Source: Octopus sinensis (Eukaryota). Taken from it: 64,000 nucleotides of DNA. Position 1 is the stretch's first letter. Each line of letters opens with the position of its first letter. The notes under the pieces are model-generated. The model saw only the letters and a list, made by a program, of their open reading frames with translations, searched no databases and was not told where the DNA came from. A program made the position numbers and the translations under genes. The stretch covers positions 146,630,001 to 146,694,000 of the forward strand of contig NC_042997.1 in the NCBI RefSeq assembly GCF_006345805.1, written 5' to 3'. Of this stretch, positions 1 through 13,551 are shown one piece after another.

Positions 1-753
1 CTCTCTCTCTCTCTCTATATATATATGTGTGTGTATACATATACAAACTAAATACATAAACATATGTATTTAGTATATATGTCTGTCAGTCTCTCATTCT
101 CCTTATATGAGTGTGTGTGTGCATACATACCTGTATAATTATAAGCATACAATGTATATACATACGTATATACATGTGTGTACGTACATATACATATACA
201 TATATATATATATATATATATACATACACATACACACTCACACAAACACACACACACACACACACACACACGCATATATATATATATATATATATAATAT
301 ATATATATCCGAGAGAGTTAGAGGTTGGGAAGTCAACCAACTAAAGGATAGTACCTATCTTATATACTGCTGCTTGTGTACCCAATTATTAATACCCAAG
401 TGCTGGTTATTGTGTGGCAATTTCGCAATCGAGTGTCATATATGGGCGCGGATAAAAAGTGGTTTACCCTTAATTTATATGGCAAAAAAGAAAATGGAGG
501 GGATACAAAAATGACATGCATCAGCCAGTAGACATTCTATTATGTCCATTCTAATACATAAGGAAGTATTATAAGAATACATACACATGCAAAGATTGTG
601 TGTTACACACATATGTACTAGTAATACATAAAAGAGTAAAGGATCAGTTCCTTACGGCCGTTTCTGCCAAGAGGCCACGATATCATCCATGCTATCTCCA
701 TCTCTTCAGAGTTTTGTAGATAAATTTCAGATGTTGAGTGTGTCTCTAGATGA

Positions 754-826
754 GTACTGGGGTCGATGTAATCGACTGGCCCACTCTCCCTAAAATTTCG
801 GGCCTTGTGTCTCAATTAGAAAAGAA
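754..826 (+). mobile_element. tRNA-derived SINE family A, 3' fragment
   Basis: Core end ggggtcgatgtaatcgact plus tail ccctaaaatttcgggccttgtg, shared with the other family A copies. Confidence 0.75.
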
Positions 827-1175
827 AGAAAAAAAAGAATAGAGTATGTGTGTATGTGATGAAAGACAAAGATGACCGCGGTGAGATTTGAGCTCAGGGC
901 GTAAGAACTCGAAACAAATATAAGTTTTTTTTTTATCATCTAATGCTCTTGCGATTTTGCCAGTTTGCCGCATCATTTAATCAAGCATAATGAAATTAAT
1001 AAAAACAGAAAAATGAATTAGTTCTCATTATAAATGAATGTGCTCAAAGACAGCTTTGAATGAAAGACAGTAGAATCTACAGAAATGGTATTCAATTCAA
1101 ACTAGTGAGGGGGCTTCTGAGTAGTTTATCGATCTGCAAGAAAATGCAGGTAAATCTCCTTCAAATCTAATATAA

Positions 1176-1578
1176 AGTTCTTTTCTATTCCAGGCACAAG
1201 GCCCGAAATTTTGGTGGATAGGGACCAATTGATTAGATCAACCCCAGTACGCAACTGGTACTTAATTTATCGACCCCGAAAGGATGAAAGGTAAACTCGA
1301 CCTTGGCGGAATTTGAACTCAGAACGTAAAGACAGACGAAATACCTATTTCTTTACTACCCACAAGGGACTAAATACAGATAGGACAAACAAGGACAGAT
1401 AAACGGATTAAGTCGATTACATCGACCCCAGTGCGTCACTGGTACTTAATTTAGCGACCCCGAAAGGATGAAAGGTAAAGTCGACCTCGGCGGAATTTGA
1501 ACTCAGAACGTAGCGGCGGATGAAATACCACAAAGCATTTCGCCCGGCGTGCTAACGTCTCTGCCAGCTCGCCGCCTA
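1176..1578 (-). mobile_element. SINE family A dimer (tRNA head, core, linker, core, tail)
   Basis: Two copies of the core gtcgactttgcctttcatcctttcggggtcgat (Meta-domain-like, from memory); 15-bp TSD tcaaatctaatataa at 1161-1175 and 1579-1593. Confidence 0.9.
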
Positions 1579-1879
1579 TCAAATCTAATATAATGAACAA
1601 AAGATACATTAGACAATATAGTCCTATATTTCATTTAAAGAAACAGAAAGTGATTGGCGAGATTTGAACTCAGAACATAAAGAGCCGAAAGAAATGCCGT
1701 ACGACTTTCTAACGTTTCTGCAAATCCATCACCCCTAATGGATTCTATTTGAGTACAAGTCTAAGAATTCTAATGATAAGGCTTAGTCGATTATACTGAC
1801 TATCGTCCCAGCTCGTCACCTTGCGTGTACAGTGTGTGTATGCGTGTATCTGTTCGTATTTGTATGAATGTGTGTGTGT

Positions 1880-2810
1880 GCGTGTGTGTGCGTGTGTGTG
1901 CGTGTAACATAAAAATGAAAACAGTCGTCTGCCTTCAGTGAAAATTGTATTACTTGAAGATGCTGTAATATTTTGTTGTATATTTCATCTACACCAGGGC
2001 TACTGATGGCCAGTATTAAAAAGCAAAGTATGTAAAATGTGATAAGATTATATGTCATGACTGATCTCGAGGACCTTTCTTCGATTGTAAACATAGACGA
2101 GATTTTTAAAAAAAACACAGAACCAAATGAACTACAGTACTCAATGACTGCTTTTCAATGACGAAACAAAGGAAGTCTTCATATGGTCTCTCAATAAGCT
2201 AGACATAGTAGCCAAAGTTTCTCAGATTTCGCTCAAATCCTACTCTATAATCAAAATCAAAACGAACTTACACACACGCAGCACACACAAACATGCCAAA
2301 ACGTGCGTACAATCATATATATATGTGTATATGTGTGTGTGTGTGTGTGTGTGCGTGTGTGTGCGTGTAACATAAAAATGAAAACAGTCGTCTGCCTTCA
2401 GTGAAAATTGTATTACTTGAAGATGCTGTAATATTTTGTTGTATATTTCATGTACACCAGGGCTACTGATGGCCAGTATTAAAAAGCAAAGTATGTAAAA
2501 TGTGATAAGATTATATGTCATGACAGATCTCGAGGACCTTTCTTCGATTGTAAACATAGACGAGATTTTAAAAAAAAACACAGAACCAAATGAACTACAG
2601 TACTCAATGACTGCTTTTCAATGACGAAACAAAGGAAGTCTTCATATGGTCTCTCAATAAGCTAGACATAGTAGCCAAAGTTTCTCAGATTTCGCTCAAA
2701 TCCTACTCTATAATCAAAATCAAAACGAACTTACACACACGCAGCACACACAAACATGCCAAAACGTGCGTACAATCATATATATATGTGTATATGTGTG
2801 TGTGTGTGTT
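1880..2810. repeat. Tandem duplication of a ~463-bp unit
   Basis: cgtgtaacataaaaatg at 1901 and 2364; copies nearly identical; junctions lie in (GT)n. Confidence 0.95.
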
Positions 2811-3000
2811 GTATATATATGTATATGTATATTCACAGAATATTTACAAAATAAAATCGTACGTCACTTTACACTGGATATGTTCAAAAATTATATAGAA
2901 GTACAAATGGAACAAACGGAAAATACATACATAGAATGTCGCTAAATCCTCATCTACATTCTACGTATATTTTCTGTTTGTTCTGTTTATGACCAAGTCA

Positions 3001-3021
3001 TTTATTTTTATACACTTTATT
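3001..3021 (-). promoter_or_regulatory. Candidate polyadenylation signals of a minus-strand gene
   Basis: AATAAA on the minus strand at 3001-3006 and 3016-3021, about 300 bp after the candidate stop at 3316. Confidence 0.3.
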
Positions 3022-3315
3022 TAGGACCCAATGTGTCCATTTTTAAAAGAAAAAGTGTCAGTTGACGGATATTTGGCTGCTATTTCTAGTTGATCGAGTG
3101 ATTAGCTTGACACTTTCCTCCTTCGTCGGCTTGCTGCAGCCTCTGTTATTGTTGTTCTTCGGGTTTGTTGTTTCTACTGTTACCGACTCTGACGTTTGCT
3201 ATCATTGTTGCCTGTATGCTTGTGGCTTGCCTCATGTGGTCCATTCGCCGTTGCCTTTACAAACTCATCTTCACTTCTAAAGATGCCTGACTGACGTTCG
3301 TCGTTTGTTTATTCA

Positions 3316-3361
3316 TTAACCGCAAATTGTCCTATCAATAGAATCCCTGACAGCTTCTTCT
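3316..3361 (-). CDS. Candidate terminal coding exon (xEEAVRDSIDRTICG*)
   Basis: Long polypyrimidine tract and cttgcag acceptor; phase-2 frame open to TAA; followed by UTR-like sequence with AATAAA. Confidence 0.4.
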
Positions 3362-3375
3362 CTGCAAGTGGATTG

Positions 3376-4215
3376 GACGAAGCAAGAAGTAAAAGAAAGA
3401 AAAAATAATTAAAAAAAAAAAGAGGCGAAAAAGTAGTTATGAAAGAAAAAAGGGTGAAACTGTAAAAAAGGTAAAGGCGAACGAAAAACAGAACAGAGGG
3501 AAGGGAAATGAAAAGAAGAAAGAACGAATAAAAAAAAATCAAAATGAAACAAACAAAAGAAGAAATAAAGAAAAGGATAGGAAGGAATAAAAAAATGAAG
3601 GAAAGAAAATGGAAAAGATTAGAAAAGTAAACAAAGCTATTTAAAGTTAAGGTAAAAGAAAGAAAGAAAAAAAGAAAAAAAGAAAGAAAGAAAGAAAGAT
3701 AGAATGAAGGAAAAAAGAATATGAGAGAAAGAAAGAAAGAAAAAACGGAAGGAAAATGAAAGAAGGAATAAAGGAAAACAATAAAAAGGAATGAACGAGT
3801 GTCAGGAAGAATGAGATGTAGATAGAAAGACGGGAAAAACAGACAGAAAGAGAGAAAAATCAAAAAGAGAAAGAAAGGGAGAAAAAGAAAGGAAAGAATA
3901 AAAATAGGGATGAAAAATTTAATACAAAAACAAAGTGAGAAAAAGTTAATTTATGAAAACAAAGGAATAAACAGAGGAAAATAACTGAATAAAAATGAAA
4001 AGTAAACGTGAAGGTAACACAAGAAAGTAATAAATGAAGGATGACAAATAAAAGAAAAAAAGGATGGTGGAAGTATGTGGCAGGGCGGGAAATATAGAGG
4101 GGAAAGGAGCGGAAAATGATAATAGAAAAAGGCGAGTAAATAAAGTTATTGAAAGGAAGCAAAGATGAATATGAAAGTTAGAAGGAAGAATACAGAAGAG
4201 AAAAAGAAAATCATT
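3376..4215. repeat. ~840-bp purine-rich low-complexity tract (degenerate GAAA repeats)
   Basis: Almost only A and G on the + strand. Confidence 0.9.
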
Positions 4216-4244
4216 TATAAAAACAATGGAGATAAATAGATATA

Positions 4245-4465
4245 CAGTAATTCCTCGAATATCGCGGATGTTACGTTCCAAACCACCATCCAACCTGCGA
4301 TAGGTGAAAATCCGCGAAGTAGAAACAGTACTGTACTGTATATGCTTATTTTTTTATTTATAATTTGTATATATTTATTTTATTATAATAAATGCAAAAC
4401 AACACCACGGAGGAATCGATGTAAGCTTAAATAATAAACCGTGATAGGTGAACCGCGATATGGCG

Positions 4466-4471
<6 letters not shown>
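4245..4471. mobile_element. Tigger/pogo-like MITE
   Basis: TA then cagtaattcctcgaatatcgcg; right end cgcgatatggcgagggat is the imperfect inverted copy, running into (AT)n. Confidence 0.7.
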
Positions 4472-4514
<43 letters not shown>

Positions 4515-4544
4515 TGCGTGTGTGTGCGTGTGTGTGTGTGTGTG

Positions 4545-4745
4545 TGTGTATTTGACCACCACCATCACCGCTTGATAACCGGTGTTGGTGCTTTTACGTC
4601 TCCGTAACCTAGCGGCTCGGTAAATGAGATCAATAGAATAAGCACCAATCTTAAAAAAGAATAAGTACCGAGGTTGGTCCATTCAACTAAAATTCTGCAA
4701 GGTGGTGCCCCAGTATGGTCACGGTTCAATGAGTGAAACAAGATG
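4545..4745 (+). mobile_element. SINE family B, 3' half
   Basis: Homologous to 40975-41170 (cgcttgataaccg...tttacgtctccgtaac...gatagaataag). Confidence 0.8.
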
Positions 4746-4792
4746 GACATATCCTTCCTTTTTGAAGATACTTTGAAGATATTGATGATGTA

Positions 4793-4960
4793 GACGCAGG
4801 CATGGCTGATCGCTTTTGCGGCCAGGTGGTTTCGGTTTCAGTCCCTCTGCGCGGCGCCTTAGGCAAGTGTCTTCTACAATTGTCTCGGGCTGATCAATGC
4901 TTTGTGAGGGAATTTGTAGATGGAAACTTTATGGAAACCCATCGTATAAATATTTCTGTG
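4793..4960 (+). mobile_element. SINE family B, 5' half
   Basis: Homologous to 40732-40895 (ggcaagtgtcttct...gtagatggaaact). Confidence 0.75.
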
Positions 4961-5387
4961 TGTGTGCGTGCGTGCGTGTGAGTGTGCATTGAGGAACAAG
5001 GCACTCCATTTCACGTTGTCCAAATCTGCAAATGAGTACCAACCTTTTGCAAGTCTCTTTCATTCAGGCTGTCACGTTGTGGTAGTGCCACTCAGTGAAG
5101 GATGAAAGAGCTGAGAGGATGACTACGCTCACGACTACAATTAGGGTAAGAGTGATACATGCAAACAAGTCACACATACTGTTCCTATGGAAACAGATAA
5201 TTACTACCTCTGGTATGACGGTAATGAAGGCTTCCGATCCGTAAACATTTCATAACTCTAAAAGCTTGTAACTTTTTTATTACTATTTTCTAGAGAAAAT
5301 TAAAGTGAATTTCGTCATCAGTATTCAAAACTACATCAGTGTAGTAAATCTGAAAGAGATTATACTGTGGAAAGGAATTTAAAAGCT

Positions 5388-6700
<1,313 letters not shown>

Positions 6701-7354
6701 TTATGTACACATTATATGTATGTGTATATGTGTATATATGTATGTATATCCCATATATGATTGATTGACGCCTTCGCCTGCTACTTTTATCAACCAGTCA
6801 ACACACATTTACCTTCAGATTCTTTACATTTATTTCTCGTTTATTTCTTTGTTTCTTTTGCTCGTTCTCTTCCTGCACGTTTGACAAGAAACTCTACTCC
6901 TTGTCACGGAAGGTGATTCTATGTCAAGGGGTCGCATACATTTTTGACCATCAACCCCTTAATGGTTCCTCATCGACCTCCAAGCATGTATAAAATATAT
7001 TGAATAAATATGTAAAATTAATATGAATAATTCTTACGAAAAATAATAGCAGAAAAAAAACACTCTATAAATCACATGGATAATGCTAAACACATTAAAA
7101 TAAATAACTATGTATTTTTTTTTATTGAATTATTTGGCATCATTAATGGGGTGATGTGTTTGATGTGTCTTTGTAAGGGCATTGATATTCGGTTGAAGAT
7201 TGGTGAGTTTTAGTCATAAGTCAGAACGTTGCTTTGTTCATACTGTTTCCGCATTTTAGTAGTATAAACCACTTTAACCAAGTACGAACTGGAAATACAA
7301 GTGACTCAATTGTAGTACTGGGTCCTTTGGTAGCCTTACCCACAAAGAAAGTGG

Positions 7355-7645
7355 ACAAGTGGTTAAGGTTTTCAGCTCACGATCGTAAGGTCGTGAGTTC
7401 GATACACTCGGCGATGCGTTGTGCCTTTGAGCAAGACACTTTATTTCACGTTACTCCAGTCAAATCAGCTGGCGGAAATGAGTTGTCCTGGTATTTCAAC
7501 AGACCTTCTTTGTCATATTCTGAGAACCACGTTAAGGGTTCACGTGTTTGTAGAGTGCTCAGCCTCTCGCACATAAATTTCACAAGAAGGATTGTCCGTT
7601 GATCGAACCTACTGGAACCCTCGTCTTCGTTATCAACCGAGTACC
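7355..7645 (+). mobile_element. tRNA-derived SINE family C (CORE-like)
   Basis: tRNA-like head (gtggttaagg...gagttcgat) then ttgtgcctttgagcaagacact; homologous to 63465-63780. Confidence 0.75.
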
Positions 7646-8116
7646 AGTATTTTCTTACAATTTTTTTTTAGCATTACTCATATTGTTTAAGGGTATGGGA
7701 TTGATAGAATTGGTTGAGCGGCGGTATTTTGTGATGACTTTGTCGAGTTGTGAATTTGAATCATACTGACGAAAATTTCATTTTTCATCAGATGGAGATC
7801 TATAAAGTAAAGTATCGTCCAAATAGTAGCGTCGATACAACCGATTGGTCCCCTTTCTCCCACCCGAAGTTGTGGTCTTGCGTCTAAGAAATAATTATTA
7901 TATTGCTTCAAAAACGGTTTTAATTGTAAACAACGATTTAGCTTAGGTACCTATACACATTCATACATTCTTGTATGATTCAATGTTTCTGTTTCCAAAT
8001 TGAACGAAGTAAATAATCCAGTAAGTTGAATAATACTTATGTAAAATAACAGGAAAAAACAAAAACACTCCGTATCTAGAGATCATGATCGATGGAGGAT
8101 CGATTTCTTCATTGCT

Positions 8117-8169
<53 letters not shown>

Positions 8170-8762
8170 TGTTTATATGTGCGTGTGTTTATGTGTGTAT
8201 GTATATCACGTGTCGAAGCTGTTGTGGTATCGAACCCGAAAGCACATGGTTGCCGAGTGAAATCCATAACCACATGGCTATATTCGTGCCTGTAACAAGT
8301 TTTTGCTTTGTTTATAAATGCAGTAGTTGTTATTTGGATTGATGAATGCGATTTTTTTTTTATATATCACCATTACAAGACGCTTTTTAAGGTCACAGTT
8401 CGTAAAAGTAGCACTGGTCTGACGTGAGGTGTACAGGTTCTGTAAGTATTGATGACGCTTATGTGCGAAGGGTTATCAAAGTATGAAGTGGGTTGTCATT
8501 AGCTTCGAAGTGTGCCTGATGTTTGTATGTACGCATGTGTGTATTGGTGTGTATGTATGTGAGTGTGCAAGTGGTTGTGTATGTGTGTGTGTGTGTGAGT
8601 GGTGTGTGTGGTTAAATATATCAGCAGGTAGATCATTATTGTAAGGAACGTGGAGATTGCAATGGAAATCTGATGTAGATCCAGGTTCATAGCATTTGAG
8701 TGGGCCGAAGCCCCATTGACAACACCAGTTGCCATAAAGTCGCTTTACAGAATACATCTGAC

Positions 8763-8902
8763 CTAAATATGTTTTGGTCAAAAGATTGAAGGCTGGGCAG
8801 TTTTGCTAGGAAGATCATGGCAAAAGTAATAGCATCACTTTCGTACAATGTATCCATGAGAGCAAATGACCATTGGTATTTGACGAAGGAAACTGGCGCA
8901 TA
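8763..8902 (-). CDS. Candidate 140-nt coding exon, TIR-like (YAPVSFVKYQWSFALMDTLYESDAITFAMIFLAKLPSLQSFDQNIF)
   Basis: Strong acceptor ttctttttcttag; phase-0 frame open for 71 codons; weak donor AG/gtcaga at 8763, or the frame runs on to a TGA near 8687; motif resembles the TIR alphaC-betaD region by eye. Confidence 0.45.
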
Positions 8903-9445
8903 CTAAGAAAAAGAACGCAAAGTGAAAAAGTAGGTCCCTATTTATAAGAGCTTTGCTTTATCTAGATGTTGTAAAAGGATAAAAACCAAAGACAGGCAGA
9001 CAGCAAAATTCTGTCAATTATAATTATTTCCATAAATTCGGAAATTAACTACTTTTAACGGAGATAGAAAGAGGTAAGAGGGAGAGATCCAGATGTTACC
9101 AGTTATCAACCGAAGATGAAGAGTGCTTAATACATGAATTCCGGCATACTTTATATCTTGAGTTTTCACTTTAGTACGATCATCAGGTGAAAATTGAATT
9201 CTATCGGGTTAGTTATATACTGTTGGTGGCAGGCTGATTTTCTTGTCGATTGATATAATTTTCATTGTCTACTTTCCGATGCTATTGTGCTAAAACAGTA
9301 TCTGCGTTCGTAGTTTCAATTTCTAACTCGTTGGCTGTTCTTTTTCATAGATTGACTTTGCTATTGTCTATCTGTATATCGTTTTCAGATCCTATTTTCA
9401 AACGCTCGTTTTTCCAGGAATTTTTCATATACATCCATACATATA

Positions 9446-10267
9446 CAGAGCACGATGGGTAAATTGTCACCATTTTATAATTTTAATTTGTTTTTGATTT
9501 AGTCGACTCCACAGTTGGGTCAGTTGGACACCGTTTGTGAGAAAAACAATACCATGACGCATGCTAGAAATTCGGAAACGACATGCTGTACTGCTCGGCA
9601 CTCGCACCGTTTCAGTACGAATACCTCAGAGCGTTTGAGTGTCAATCTGAGAAGAGTGCAACCTAAGGACATGTACCGAGAGTGATAAAAATCAAACATC
9701 CAGTCAACATCGTGGTTTTTGGAGTGATCACTAGTGAGGGTGACATTATACCTCCATTCATCTTCCCACACTGCCTCAGACTCAGGACTACGTCAAGTGC
9801 CTGGAGGAGATAGTGCTGGAGGACCCTATGTCTGGCAACAGGACTCTGCACAATGCTACACAAGCAGGAGAACCCAGTCATGGCTGTCGGATAATTTCTG
9901 CGACCATATCATCCCTAACATCTGGCCACCTAACTCCCCAGACTGCAACCCTTTAATCATTATGTGTGGGGCGCAGCTGAACGAGAGACCAACAAAACTC
10001 CTTGTAACTCCAAAGATGAACGGAAAGCAGATATTATGGCTGCATTCACCAACTTAAACAAGGAGACCGTCCAGAAGAGTTGTAGGAGATTCTGAAGTCG
10101 TCTGGAGGCCGTGGTTAAAGCCAATGGCGATTTTATTGAATAAATCTACTCCTTAGTATTTCAAAATATTTTTATGTAATTTTGGTAAATATACCTCTTA
10201 AAATAAAATGTCAGTGTTATTTTCATTTTGCATAACTTAGACGACAGTTTATTCACCCCGCACCCTG
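9446..10267 (+). mobile_element. Internally deleted Tc1/mariner element, maT/DD37D type
   Basis: TA flanks and degenerate TIRs; WQQDSAQC...WPPNSPDCNPL with 37 residues to the frameshifted third D position; C-terminus ends VVKANGDFIE*. Confidence 0.85.
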
Positions 10268-10304
10268 TATATATGCACCCAACGCATGCAATATATTTAT
10301 ATAC

Positions 10305-10374
<70 letters not shown>

Positions 10375-10667
10375 CACGTGTTTGTGTGTATGATGCGTGC
10401 ATGTTTAAGTATAGGTAGCTCAGTATATGTTTAGTGTGTTTATATATACGTATATGCTACGCTTAATATACTTATGCATGCATATGTACATATATACATA
10501 CATATCTACTTATATACATATCTATACACACATACATTTCTATCTACCTATCTATCTATCGGTGTATATATATATATATATATATAATATATGTATATAT
10601 ATATGTGTATATATATATGTATATATATATATTATTATATATATATATAGATATATATATATATATC

Positions 10668-10698
<31 letters not shown>

Positions 10699-10900
10699 GT
10701 TAATCCAAACATGAACAAAGAGAAAACACAACAACGCGAGGACGTGGAATAAGTATAGTGTTATTGGACGCTCAGGAAAGGAAAGAAGAAAGAAGATGAT
10801 TTAGCGTTTCAAGCGGAGCTCTTCGTCAGAAATATAGGAAAAAGGAAGTCCAAGGAAGGGAAGACGGAGAAAGAAAATCACCAACGATACACACGAGATC
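10699..10900 (-). mobile_element. Short hammerhead-bearing dispersed repeat, copy 1 (Penelope-like pLTR or retrozyme-like)
   Basis: Homologous to 11746-11948, 16137-16290 and 41870-42070; bounded by (AT)n and (ATGT)n. Confidence 0.75.
10799..10833 (-). ncRNA. Minimal type-I hammerhead ribozyme motif (degenerate)
   Basis: attt-CTGACGA-A-GAGC-tcc-GCTT-GAAA-CGCT-aaat; stems I and II pair; U16.1 appears mutated to C. Confidence 0.65.
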
Positions 10901-11090
10901 ATGTATGTATGTATGTATGTATGTATGTATATGTATGTATGTATGCATGTATGTATGTATGTATGTATGTATGTATGTATGTATGTATGTATGTATTATG
11001 TATGTATGTATGTGTGTGTGTATGTATGTATGTATGTATGTATGTATGTATGTATGTATGTATGTATGTATGATTGTATGTATGTGTGTG

Positions 11091-11144
<54 letters not shown>

Positions 11145-11546
11145 CACACACATATACTCCTCAAGTTCACGTAATCTCACCATGTCATTTTCCATTAATC
11201 TGCCTCGTTATTCTGTTGCTAATTTTATCACCTCTCTACTGTAGAGATTTCTTTTCTAACCAATCGTTACGTCTTTGTATCACGAGACCATCTTTCCCAA
11301 TAAAAAAAAATTAACTACCCCTACTGAGTCGATATAGCCAGATGCCAAATTTCAACCCATACCATTTGTTTGTAGCTATTTTTGTTATTGATGGTAGTGT
11401 TATACTTATTTTTATTTTCTAATAAAGGACAGCTGCTTTTGAAATAGGTCCTTCATAGCTAATTGTTGTGACCTAAACTTCTGCGCAAAATCCTGTCACC
11501 AAAACCTACGTCAAGAGAAAGGCAAATGTCTCCGTCTTATACATAC

Positions 11547-11604
11547 CGAGGAACAAAGGAAAATAACCCGGTTGTGTTTCGCCCACCAAACGAGAGACGG
11601 AAGC
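11547..11604 (-). pseudogene. Duplicate copy of the candidate exon, 58 nt (1-bp deletion)
   Basis: Same splice sites as 12588-12646, but ataacccggtt instead of ataacccgggtt. Confidence 0.3.
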
Positions 11605-11689
11605 CTGTACTGGATAGGAGCCGTGTATATTAGTGCGTGTGTATGTGCGTATATTGTGTCTGCACATGTTGTGTATATATATATAATAT

Positions 11690-11745
<56 letters not shown>

Positions 11746-11749
<4 letters not shown>

Positions 11750-11948
11750 ATCCAAACATGAACAAAGAGAAAACACAACAACGCGAGGACGTGGAATAAG
11801 TATAGTGTTATTGGACGCTCAGGAAAGGAAAGAAAGAAAGAAGGATGATTTAGCGTTTCAAGCGGAGCTCTTCGTCAGAAATATAGGAAAAAGGAAGTCC
11901 AAGGAAGGGAAGACGGAGAAAGAAAATCACCAACGATACACACGAGAT
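11746..11948 (-). mobile_element. Hammerhead-bearing repeat, copy 2
   Basis: Duplicate of copy 1. Confidence 0.75.
11848..11882 (-). ncRNA. Minimal type-I hammerhead ribozyme motif (degenerate)
   Basis: Identical to 10799-10833. Confidence 0.65.
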
Positions 11949-12130
11949 CATGTATGTATGTATGTATGTATGTATGTATGTATGTATGTATGTATGTATG
12001 TATGTATGTATGTATGTATGTATGTATGTATGCATGTATGTATGTATGTATGTGTGTGTGTATGTATGTATGTATGTATGTATGTATGTATGTATGTATG
12101 TATGTATGTATGATTGTATGTATGTGTGTG

Positions 12131-12184
<54 letters not shown>

Positions 12185-12587
12185 CACACACATATACTCC
12201 TCAAGTTCACGTAATCTCACCATGTCATTTTCCATTAATCTGCCTCGTTATTCTGTTGCTAATTTTATCACCTCTCTACTGTAGAGATTTCTTTTCTAAC
12301 CAATCGTTACGTCTTTGTATCACGAGACCATCTTTCCCAATAAAAAAAAATTAACTACCCCTACTGAGTCGATATAGCCAGATGCCAAATTTCAACCCAT
12401 ACCATTTGTTTGTAGCTATTTTTGTTATTGATGGTAGTGTTATACTTATTTTTATTTTCTAATAAAGGACAGCTGCTTTTGAAATAGGTCCTTCATAGCT
12501 AATTGTTGTGACCTAAACTTCTGCGCAAAATGCCTGTCACCAAAACCTACGTCAAGAGAAAGGCAAATGTCTCCGTCTTATACATAC

Positions 12588-12646
12588 CGAGGAACAAAGG
12601 AAAATAACCCGGGTTGTGTTTCGCCCACCAAACGAGAGACGGAAGC
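12588..12646 (-). CDS. Candidate 59-nt coding exon (xFRLSFGGRNTTRVIFLCSS in the phase 1-to-0 frame)
   Basis: tacag acceptor (alternative ccag at 12652) and CG/gtatgt donor; all three frames open; phase fits the exons at 16364 and 8902. Confidence 0.4.
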
Positions 12647-12750
12647 CTGTACTGGATAGGAGCCGTGTATATTAGTGCGTGTGTATGTGCGTATATTGTG
12701 TCTGCACATGTTTGTGTATATATATATATAACATATATACATATATATAA

Positions 12751-12808
<58 letters not shown>

Positions 12809-13144
12809 TATATTTAGATATGTATATGTGTATGTAGATTTCTATGTATGTATATGTATATGTATTTCTGTATGCATATACGTATGTTTGTATATATATT
12901 TATGCATATGTATGTCTCTGTATCATTAAACGAGCTCATTGAATGCAGCTTCCAGCTAATGAATATGTTAATCCTACGACATGTGGTGAGCAATCTCTAA
13001 CTATTTCGTTTGCAATATATTATGTGTGTATATCCATGCACACACACACACACAAACACATTCACACACACGCTCGCACATACGCGCACGCACTCACACT
13101 CACACACACGCACACTCAAATGTATTTATTCATGTATGTATGTA

Positions 13145-13214
<70 letters not shown>

Positions 13215-13432
13215 TGTCAAAATCTCTCTCTCTCGCTATATATATAATGAAACAGTCAAGCATTAAAAGAAGGATCATTGACATTGGATATCTTTTAATA
13301 AGATATTATACGTATTTATATATTTATTACATGGAAAATGTTGATGGTTAGTTCGAAATTTTGGTTTAGTTGCCTTGTATGTATGTATGTGCGTATGCGT
13401 ATGTGTCTGCGCACGCATGCGCGTTCATATGT

Positions 13433-13481
<49 letters not shown>

Positions 13482-13551
13482 CATAAACATGCACATATAC
13501 TCAAACACCCACACACATATACATACATATAAATATTTTATATATATATAC

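Larger units (their letters stand above)
10699..12790. repeat. Tandem duplication of a ~1045-bp unit
   Basis: taatccaaacatg at 10701 and 11748; tgcacatg at 11661 and 12703; copies differ mainly by 1-bp indels and microsatellite length. Confidence 0.95.
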
